Under the pieces are notes generated by a model. It searched no databases and had not been told where the DNA came from. It saw only the letters and a program-made list of their open reading frames with translations. Source: the human T2T-CHM13v2.0 reference genome, Homo sapiens. From it: a DNA stretch of 64,000 bases. Numbering within the stretch: position 1 is the stretch's first letter; every line of letters starts with the position of its first letter. The DNA lies in assembly GCF_009914755.1 (NCBI RefSeq), contig NC_060929.1; one strand, written 5' to 3'. The position numbers were made by a program, and so were the translations under genes. Positions 47,425 to 58,051 of the stretch are shown one piece after another.

Positions 47425-47753
47425 TAGTAGTCCCCCTTATCTTCAAGGGATACATTCTAAGACACCCAGTGGATGTTTGAAACTGTGGATAGTACCAAAT
47501 CTTACATATGTTGTGTTTTTTCCTCTGCACACATACCTATGATAAAATTTAATTTATAAATTAGGCACAGTAAGAAATTAACAATAATAAAATGGAGCAA
47601 TTATAACAATATACTGTCATAAAAGTTATATGAGTATGGCCTCTCTCTCTCAAAATATTTTGTTTTACTATACTCACCTCTTTTCTGACTGTCATTGACT
47701 GCTGGTAACTGAAGCCAAAGAAAATAAAATTGCAGATATGAGCAGGACTACTG
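47425..47753 (+). mobile_element. MER2-like TcMar-Tigger MITE
   Basis: Terminal inverted repeats (c>t)agtagtcc ... ggactactg, TA target duplication at 47423-24 and 47754-55. Confidence 0.85.
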
Positions 47754-49630
47754 TAGTAAAATATCACCTGAAAATAGACTGTGAAAAGTTAAGGTATATA
47801 CTATAAAACCTAAAGCAGCCAGTAGAAATGTAAACAAAGACTCATAACTAATAAACCGACAAAGGAGACAGAATGGAATTTTTGGAAAATATTCAAATTA
47901 TTTCAAAAGAAGATAGAAAAAGAAGAGGGAAGAGAATGAAGAACAGAAGAGGCAAATAGAAAAATTAGCAAGATAGTGGATTCAGAGCCAAGCATATCAA
48001 TATTTTAATTAAGGGTAAATCATCTATAAACCTCCATTGAAAGGCAGAGATTGTCAGGTTGGATTTAAAAGAACCACTATATGTTTTTTAAGATAATCTA
48101 AATAAGAAAGACAAGAATATATGACAAGTAAAAGGATGGGAAAATACATAATATGCTAACACTAACCAAAAGGGAGATAGAGACACTATATTAAAATCAG
48201 ACAAAATAGATTTCAGGATAAAAAATATCAGCAGGGGAAAAGAGAGCAATTTCATAATGATAAAGTGTCCAATTATCAGGAGAACATTACAACATTAAAA
48301 ATGTATGCTTCTAATAACAGAGGTTCAAAAATACCTGAAGCAAAATGATATAGAATTGTAAAATATTAGAGCATCCCTTTATCAACAATTGATGGAACAA
48401 GTAAGCAGAAAAATCAGAAAATATATAGAAGACTTGAATACTGTAAACCAACCTCACCTAATTAATATTTATAAAATGTTCTACTCAACAAGAGCAAGTA
48501 CACATTCTTTTCAAATGCATACCAACCACTTACCAAGATAAACTATATTCTGGGTCATAAGACAATTCTCAAGAAATGTAAAAGGATTTACGTGAGGCAA
48601 AATATATTCCCTAAGTATAGAATTAAGGTAGAAATCAAAAACAAAAAGATATGTGGAATACTTCTATCTATTTGGAAACTAAAGCACAAAATTTTAAATA
48701 ACCCAAGGGTCAGTGAAAAAATCAAAAGGGCTATTAAAATTATTTTAAACTGAATAAAAATTAAAACATAGCATATCAAAATCTCTGGGATGCAGTGAAG
48801 CAATACTTAGTTTAGAAAGTATTCCCCTAAACACGTATTAGAGAAGAAAAGTTTCAAATCAATGACTTCAGATTCCACATTAAGAAACTAGAAAAAGAAG
48901 AGAATATGAAACCCAATGTAAGCAGAACAAAAAAATAATAATATCAGAGTAAAATAAGTAAAAACAAAAGATGGTTCTTTGAAAAGATCAATATAATTCA
49001 TAAATCTCTATACAAGCTAATCTGATAAAATATAAAAGATATGAATTATCAATATAATGAATGAAGTAGATAATATCTATCAATTCTATAGAAATAAACA
49101 ATAAGAAAATATTATGAAACTTTGTTTTAATAAATTCAGTGAGTTAAATGAAATGGTGAAATTCTTTGAAAGATAAAAATTGCCACCACTCACACAAGAA
49201 ACAAATAGCCTGAATGCCCTATATCTATTTTTTAAAAATCAAATTTTTAGTTTAAAAATTCCCATGAATAACAACAAAAATGAACAAAAAAATAAACAAA
49301 ACCAATTCCAGGCCTGGGTGACTTCACGGAATTTCACCAAACATTTAAAGAAGAAATAATATCAACTTTACACAAACTCTTAGATTAAATTGAAGAGGAG
49401 AGAATATTTCCCAATTTATTCTATGAGGCTAGCATTATTTCAATACCAAAATCAGACAAAAACATTTCAAGAAAAGTAGATTACAAATCAATTACCCTTC
49501 ACAAACATAAACGTAAAAATTTTAACAAAATTTTAGCAAATCTAATCCAAAAAGATATAAAATGGATTAATACAAAATGGGGTTTATCCCAGAAATTTAA
49601 GGTTTTCTTTATATTAGAAAATCAATGTAA

Positions 49631-49954
<324 letters not shown>

Positions 49955-50050
49955 TAGAAAGACAGACACAACAATCAATCGATTGCTCAACAGATAAAAC
50001 AGATAGATCACTAAATAGATTTATATATATATACATATTTAGTGTATCTA

Positions 50051-50212
50051 TTTTCCTGTATCTATTGAGATGTTTATATAAATATATATAGAGATAAATA
50101 TATATCTATATAGATATCTATAGATATATATCTATATAGATAAATATATTTATATATAGATAAATATATATCTATATGTATTTATATAAACATCTCAATA
50201 GATACAGGAAAA
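50051..50212. repeat. AT-rich palindrome with perfect 34-bp outer arms
   Basis: ttttcctgtatctattgagatgtttatataaata (50051-50084) is the exact reverse complement of 50179-50212; TA/GA-rich spacer. Confidence 0.95.
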
Positions 50213-51179
50213 GTATTTCACATAATCCAACATCCACTCCAACTAAAAACTCTTAATAAAGGAATAAAAAGGAACTTCCTCAATCTGATAAAGGGCATCT
50301 ATGTTCAACCCACAGCTAACATCATACTTAATGGTAAAAGACTAAATTATTTATTCCTAAAACCAGAAAAAAGGCAAGCATTTACGTTTTTACCATTTAC
50401 TTTAAACATCCTAGTGGAGGTTCCCAGAGAGTGGAATTAAGGCAAGAAAAAGAAATAGAAGTCAAACAGATTGGAAAGGAAGAATTAAAACTTTTTATTT
50501 ACAGATAACATGACAGTCTACACAGAAAAATCATAAAAAGTCTACAAAAAAGCTACTGTAACATATAAACTAAGTTTAAAAGTTGCTGGATATATGATCC
50601 ATGTGCAAACATCATTATATTTTTATACACTGGCAATGAATAATCAAAAATTGAAATTTAAAGAATACCATATACCAAAGCATAAAAATATTTAGGGAAA
50701 AATAGCCAACAAATATGCAAATTGTACTCTGAAAGTTAAAAAACATGTTCAGATAAATTAAATGAGACATAAATAAATGGCAAGATATGGTATTTTCATA
50801 AAACAGGCTCAATATTATTAAGAGATTCAGTCTTCCCAAGCTGACCCATAAATTCAATGCATTCAAATCAAAATTTTAGCCCACATTTGGTAGAAAGGTA
50901 CAAGGTAATTTTAACATTCATATGTAAATGTAAATTCCCTGGAATAGCCAAAATGTTTTAGAAAAGGAATTTACAAAAGAAAGAACAAAGTTGAAAGCAC
51001 AAAGAGTTGTGCTACCTGACTTTAAGATTTATAATAAAGTTATAGTAATTAAGAGAGTATGGTATTTGCAATGTGGTATACAAAAAGATCAGATACAAAA
51101 TTTTAAAAAGAATTTCATTCATATGGCCAAACTGCTCTTCAGAAAAGTTCTCAAGTTTTATTTCTACCAATAGATTGAA

Positions 51180-53070
51180 TAAAGAAAATACTCTTGCCTG
51201 TGTATAATTTTAAATATATACATTTGATAGACAAAAATTTGGTAGGCTTATGTTTGTATTAATTTTCTTTGCTCTAATTACAAATGACATAAAAAAATTT
51301 TGTCCATGCTCATCAGTCACTTACATTTCTCCTTTTGTGAATTGCCATATTTTAACTGTTGCCTATTAGTTGTTACTGAGTTTTGAAACATTAAAAAACT
51401 AATGTAATTTGTATATCATAAAATGCACTCTTTAAGCATACAGTGCAGTGGTTTTTAGTACATTCCTCAAGTTGTGCAACCATTACCACTACCTGTTTCC
51501 AGAACATTTCCATCACCCGTAAAAGAAACTGTGTACCTATGAGCTGTTATTCCCTATTCCCTCCCCCACCAGGATTCCTGGCAAACACTAATCTACTTTC
51601 TGTCTCTATGGATGCCATTCTAAATGATTCTAAATGATTCAATGAATTCAATGACTTCAATGAATTTAATGATTCAATGAATATTCAATGAATATTCTAG
51701 ATGATTCAATGAGTCTATTCTAGATGATTCAACAAATCATCTAGAATAGGCAAATTCATAGAGACAGATGTATTGACTGATGTAAATTGAATCATATAAT
51801 TTGTGGTCCTTTTATGCCTGGCTTCTTTCACTTAGCGTAATGTTTTCAATGTTCATTCTGTAGCAAGTATCAGTACTTCATTCTTTTTATGTGTGAATAC
51901 TATTCCATTCCACCTATATAGATACCACATTTTATTTATCTGTTCATCAGTTGATGGACAATTGAGTTATTTCCACTTTTGGGCTTTAATGAATAATGCT
52001 GCTATTAACACCCATGCACAAGTTTTTGTATGAACATATTTTTTGAATTCTGGGCCTTATCTACCAAGCGATGGAATATGGTAACTATATGTTGAGCTCT
52101 TTGAGAAACTGCCAAACTGTATTCCAAAGCACGGCACTGTTTTATGTTCATGCAACCATGCATGAGGGTTCCAATTTCTCCACTCTCCACATCCTCACTG
52201 ACACTTATTATTGTATGCCTTTTTCATTATAGCCATCCTAGTGGGTATGAAGTGATATCTCATTAGGGGTATAACTCGTATTTTCCTAATGACTAATGAT
52301 GTTGACTGTCTCTTGATGTGCTAATTGGCCATTTGTACATCTCTTTGGGAGAAATGTCTATTCCGATCTTTTGTCCATTTTTTAATTGGGCTGTTTATTT
52401 TTTAATTGTTGAATTAGAATTTTTTATATATTCTGGATATATACTAGCATAAGATTTGCAAATATTTTTCTCCCAATCTTTTGGGATGTCTTTTTATTTT
52501 CTTGATATTGTCCTTTGAAGTACTAATGAGGCCTCATTTATTAATATCACTTTGGTTGCGTGGCTTTTGGTATCACATCTAGGAAACCACTGCTTAATCA
52601 AAGGTCATTAATATTTACACCTATGTTGTCTTCAAAAGTTTTATAGTTTTAGTTCTTATATTTAGTCTTCAATCTATTTTGAAAGAATTTTTGTTTATGA
52701 TGTGAGGTAGAGTCCAACTTCATTCTATGTCTGTGTCTGTCTACTTCTCCCAGCATCTCAGTTTTCCACTGAGAAGTCTGCTGCCAGACATACTGGAGCT
52801 CCATTGTATGTTATTTTTTTCTTTTTCTTTTCCTGCTTTGTAAGGAGTATACTTTCCTCACTGAATTTTCTTGGTACTCTTGTCAAAAATCTGCTATCGA
52901 TTTTTAAAAACTCTTTGCATATTAAAGATACTGCTTCTTTTTCTGTGACATATGTTAAAAAATTTCCCTGTATTTTGATTTTTGGTTTTTATGTCTAGAA
53001 TTAATGAGAATTTATGAAACTAAATCTATCAGTGTTTTCTTTAATGAATTCTTCTGCCATTATTATTATA
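51180..53070 (-). mobile_element. Nested antisense L1 3' fragments (L1MB-like inside an older L1ME-like piece)
   Basis: 51400-52890 typical L1MB 3' region (gtacattcctcaagttgtgcaaccattacc, agccatcctagtgggtatgaagtg); more diverged L1 sequence on both sides. Confidence 0.8.
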
Positions 53071-53109
53071 AGAAATCCACCTATAGTTCCCCTAGTAGTA
53101 GTTCATGAA

Positions 53110-53330
53110 AATAATATAAATAGCTGCCAATTGTTCATTACTTTCTATGGTGCTTTACATATATTATCTTGGCAGTATCTTGGCTACAAACACTATGAGG
53201 CAAATATTGTCAAAAATTCTATTTTATAATGGATAATGAAACTCAGGGCTTAAGTAATTTGCACAAGGTGCAGAACTGATACACAGTAAAAATCTTAATT
53301 GGAATTTAAATTCAGGCCTACTTGACCCCA
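53110..53330 (-). mobile_element. MIR SINE relic
   Basis: gtgctttacatatattatc...gataatgaaactcagggcttaagtaatttgcacaaggt. Confidence 0.65.
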
Positions 53331-54436
53331 TAGTATAATCTCTAAAATAAGTGAAATGAATTTGAACTTCATCAGCATGGATATAGAAGGTTTCTCCAAA
53401 ATTTTTCGAATACGGTATCGTATACATGATACTCAATTCTATTTAAAGAGCAGCATCTCTTGATTAAGTAGAAGTATAATATTTTTAGCAGAGAATATGC
53501 TATTTTAAATTTTTAAAAAACTTGTTAAATATGTTTTTAATTCCCATTTAGTATATAAGATATTTAACATCAAATTCACTGTTGTGTATAAATTATTAAC
53601 CACTGGTGAAAAAAAGGTGCTAAGGCAGTAAAAAGTGAGCTTTGTCATTCAAAGAGTACATAAAAGGAAGAGGCTTTGAAAATGTAAATAGACAAACATA
53701 AAATATTAAATGCAGTGTACTTTACCATCAAACAACTATTGAAGGAGATTATTTTTCTCAAATGTGTCCAGAATGTTTGTTAAAACTATATAGTGACTCC
53801 ACTTTGTTAGGGCAATGTACATAGTGGCTGCTCACCCTGAATGACGCCTTCCAGCAAAGGTGTCCTTAAGAAGGAAATGTACAGTTCAGATTGTAAATCA
53901 CCACGGCCTAGGATGCTACTGTTTTACTTCTAGCAGAAATCTTGCGGGCTAGTTAGAAAGCTGCTCTGCTACTGAGAGATCTTTAATCAAAAGGTATAAA
54001 TGTTCCCCAGAGCATGAATATAATTATGTTAAGATCTAAACTCCACAGTCAATATACTATAAGGCATTTTATGTATGCTTACATGTTTTTCCAATTGTGT
54101 ATCAGAGCCCAGATGATAAAAAAGGTTTTACCACCCATTCAGATCTAATTTTCCTGTCCTGCTCACCAATATGCCAAAAATTCAGATTTGTGATTCACGG
54201 GAACATTCTGCTACATAAATGAAATGTGTAAACAAATAAATACCTGATTTCTGATATACTGAATATTAAATCAATCATGTTCCATAGTTTCTGATAATAA
54301 GCTTAACAACCAATTATACTATTGATAACAATAGGAGCATGAAGCAAACAACACTTCTATTTTAACATTAAAAGCAGAGTACCAAAATGCTTCCTGCTGG
54401 TAAACTGAAACAATTGTTTTATTTAAAAACTACACC

Positions 54437-54750
54437 TTCACACCTGTAATCTCAGCACTGTGGGAGGCCAAGGTGGTTGGATCATGAGGTCAAGAGATGG
54501 AGACCATCCTGGCCAACATGGTGAAAACCCGTCTCTACTAAAAATACAAAAATTAGCTGGGCATGGTGGCTCATGCCTGTAGTCCCAGTTACTTGGGAGG
54601 CTGAGGCAGGAGAATCACTTTAACCCAGGAGGCGGAGGTTACAGTGAGCTGAGATTGCGCCACTGCACTGTAGCCTGGGTGACAGAGTGAGACTCCATCT
54701 CAAAAAAAAAAAAAAAAAAAAGACAACCACCACCACCACCACAACAAAAA
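54437..54750 (+). mobile_element. AluSc-like, 5'-truncated, compound A/(CAC)n tail
   Basis: atcatgaggtcaagagatggagaccatcctggccaacatg Sc pattern; flanks aaaaactaca / aaaaattaca. Confidence 0.92.
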
Positions 54751-55499
54751 TTACATGTATCTACTCTGATACTGCATACAAATAAAGACTTTTCTTTTTA
54801 AAAGAGAAAAGAATGGATTTCCAATTATTGCCAATGTGTCATGCCTGAAGGACCCTTTTCCCACCCATCAGTTTGAGGTGACAGTTACTGGCTTATAGCA
54901 ATATCCATCATGATTCAAAATTTAGAATATTATTATGCAGAAGTCACATACTGTTCACCTCTCATCCTCACCATGGACACTGTCATCTGGTGCAGGCAAG
55001 GAGGAATAGAGAAAGGAGAAAATTTTGCAAATGAGGAGAAAAAATTGCCAAGAATACATAGTAATATAAATTAAGGTCACATTTTGTTTTATACCAATTA
55101 CAGTAAATTGGTATTTTCCTTTAAATGTTTATGTCTCAAACTCTCCTTTCAAACTTTTTTTTTTTTTTTTTACTTTTAGGCAGCTAATGCACTACCATTC
55201 ATAATGACTATTAGACTAAGCTAGGTTTCAATTTTTGCTATGATCTATCAGTTTAAGGGTGCAGATAGTCAACGATGGCACAAGGCTCCTCTCATTCTGC
55301 TCTCTGAAAATTAATTTGAAAGAGTAACCATATGTAATGAAATAAGGACACAGTAAAAGAGTGCAGATGATTAATGCCTTCTATTTTCAAAATAAAGTTT
55401 TTCAACTCTGCATTAACATTTATTTTCCTTATCTCTGGTGCACTAGCTATTAGTTTAATAAAAGGAGACCTTCCCAGTGACAAGGACATTATCTTATTA

Positions 55500-56045
55500 A
55501 TTTCTGTAATTCTGTTACACTATCAGTCAAGAGGTTTACTTTCAAGTGATGTTAATATAAATGAGAGTTTTCCTTTTAGTCTTATAGTTCCAAGGCTCAA
55601 AGCCTGTATATGGATTGTAAAGCTAATACTAGACTAATTGCAATGTGACTTGAGAGCTAGAATAGAACCATCTGCAAAATTTGGAACGATGTGACAAAAA
55701 TAACAAAATTTTGCAGGAAAAACATAATGCTTTGCATTTAGAAATAGACGTCCCAAATATGGAAAAGCTATTAAACTTATTTCGTGTAGCTTCACAAGGC
55801 AAAACTGGACCAAGTGGGTGGAAGTCAAGAAATCAAATTTTGCACACTGTCAGGAAGAATTTCCTAATAAGTCATCTAAAAGTGAAATGAATTGCCCTGT
55901 GAAGTACACAGTGCTTTCTGCTACCGCAGGTGTTTAGGCAGATCAACAAACATCTGCCTATTGTATTACACAGGGGATTTGAGAGTAGGTGGGTGTTTGG
56001 AACACATTTGGTCCTTTGATCTCTACAGTTTCAAATCTGACCTTT
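55500..56045 (+). mobile_element. Possible L3/CR1 relic
   Basis: taatgctttgcatttag and ggaccaagtgggtggaagt...aggaagaatttcctaata resemble the CR1/L3 3' region; very diverged. Confidence 0.45.
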
Positions 56046-56163
56046 CAGCTCAGAATTTTGAAGGATGTAAAGATGGATAAAACAACTCATTAACAAAGAC
56101 ACTATAAATAAATAAAAGACATTTTAACAGTTGATTATATTCAACACATGAAAAAGTATATGA

Positions 56164-56432
56164 GGCGGGGCACGGTGACTCACGCCAGTAATCCCAGCAC
56201 TTTGGGAGGCCGAGGCGGGTGGATCACCTGAGGTCAGGAGATCAGGACCAGCCTGGCCAACACGGTGAAACCCCGTCTCTACTAAAAGTACAAAAAATTA
56301 GCCAGATGCAGTGGTCCCAGCTGCTTGGGAGGCTGAGGCAGGAGAATTGCTTGAACCCGGGAGACGGAGGTTGCGGTGAGCCGAGATCGCTCCACTGCTC
56401 TCCACCTTGGGCGACAGAGCGAGACTTCGACA

Positions 56433-56466
<34 letters not shown>
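56164..56466 (+). mobile_element. AluS with ~13-nt internal deletion and (CA)n tail
   Basis: gcagtgg|tcccagc junction; (CA)~15 tail; flanks aaaaagtatatga / aaaatctatatga. Confidence 0.93.
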
Positions 56467-56470
<4 letters not shown>

Positions 56471-57230
56471 CTATATGAAGTAATCGAGGTACGAATAAAA
56501 TATTAAGAGAGAAATGAGAAAGAAGTGACTAATTCCAGCTAGTGGCACAATGCAAGGTTACCGGGAGGAAGTGTTACATGAATGATGCAAGCATGAGCCA
56601 TGTTTCAGGTGGGAGGGATAAAATGATAAGGGATTCCTGCTTGAGAGAAGTGTGTAAGCTCAGAATTAGAGGAGTAGAACTGCATAAATGTTTGGGAAGA
56701 GAAGTTAGATATCCTGAGAGATTTTAATGATTGAAATCTTTGTGATAAATTTGGCTTTTACTTTGGCCTGCCTTTCATGGCTTAAAAAAATAGATATAAC
56801 ATTGTCAAATATCCGGTATAAATTATAAACTTTTCAGTCATCATTTTTCTTTTTATAACTTAAAATTACATTAGATAGTGATAAAGATGGATATGAACAT
56901 CTCAAACTGCTTCCAGAATTTTGTCTTGTTAGCAATAAGACTGTAGAGCATCTACAAAAGACGCAGGAACTGAGTCCCCACTAAAATTTATCTCAGCACA
57001 GCATCTTCAGGGAGCTAGGCACACTGATAATCCCTCTAGGCTTGAAGGGTTTGGTCTCTCAGAGAAATAAGGCCATGAAGATAAGGGTTACTCAGAACAT
57101 AGTCAAGCCAACCCACTGATTTTTGGCATTTCTTAAAGTGGAAAGAAAAGGAAATTTTCCAACTAGCTGATTTTCTTACTCGTTAGTCTGTCTAGTGTCT
57201 TTTGTTTCTGGAAGCTTTCAATATGCCCTC

Positions 57231-57519
57231 TTTTTTTTTCCCCCAACAGTTTTCCTTTTTTTTTTGAGACAGTCTCGCCCTGTTGCCCAGGCTGGAGTGC
57301 AGCGGAGCAATTTCAACTCACTGAAGACTCCGCCTCAACCTCCCAAATAGCTGGGACTACAGGCATGCACTACCACACTTGACTAATTTTTGCATTTTTA
57401 GTAGAGATGGGGTTTTGCCATGTTGGCCAGGCTGGTCTTGAACTCTTGACCTCAAGAGATATGCCTGCTTCAGCCTTTCAAAGTGCTGGGATTGCAGGTG
57501 TGAACCACCATATCTGGCC
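57231..57519 (-). mobile_element. Older Alu (S/J) with ~26-nt internal deletion
   Basis: ccgcctc|aacctccc junction at the GCCTC repeat. Confidence 0.9.
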
Positions 57520-57524
57520 TCCAG

Positions 57525-57955
57525 CAATTTTCTTATGCCATGCCTGGGTGTGGGTGTTTTACTTTTTGGTGTTTATCCTGTTGGGGCATTGCAGTGCTTC
57601 CTGAATCTGTGACTTGTTGGACAGCCACAGACATTATTGCTAAAATATTTTTTCTGCCCCATTTGCGTTAACTCCATCTGAGATGCCTATTTCTATATCT
57701 CACATGTCTTTTACTACCACTGCCCCCTGCTCCTGGAAGTTTCATTTTTCTCTCCAATTTTAGCCTGGTTACTTTTGTCAGACCTATTTTCGAGTTTACT
57801 AATCATCTCCTCAATGTTTCTAAACTTTCCTAAACTCATGTACTGAGTTTTAATTTTAGTCATTACATTGTTTTTAGTTCTAGGATTTCCATTTGAATGT
57901 TTTTTTGTAGTTTCCAGTTCTTTTTTAAAATTCTCTACTTTAATATCTAATTTCT
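57525..57955 (-). mobile_element. Old antisense L1M ORF1 fragment, left part of a split element
   Basis: Minus-strand translation KLDIKVENFKKELET...IEEMISKLENRS resembles the L1 ORF1p coiled coil. Confidence 0.75.
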
Positions 57956-58051
57956 GTGCTTGCTTGAGTAGCACACACACTAAAATTGGAATGATTAGCA
58001 TGGCCCCTGCGCAAGGATGACACACAAATTAGTAAAGTGTTCCATATTTTT
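57956..58051 (+). pseudogene. U6 snRNA retropseudogene (96 nt; 11-nt deletion removes the ACAGAGA box)
   Basis: gtgcttgctt...actaaaattggaatgat|tagcatggcccctgcgcaaggatgacacacaaattagtaaagtgttccatattttt aligns end to end with U6; fused directly to L1. Confidence 0.95.

Noticed and set aside
55681-55890. 69-aa ORF MERCDKNN as a microprotein
   Set aside because: Non-ATG start, no splice support, overlaps a probable L3/CR1 relic
57956-58051. Functional U6 gene
   Set aside because: Upstream is L1 sequence with no recognisable PSE/TATA arrangement; ACAGAGA box deleted; CpG decay
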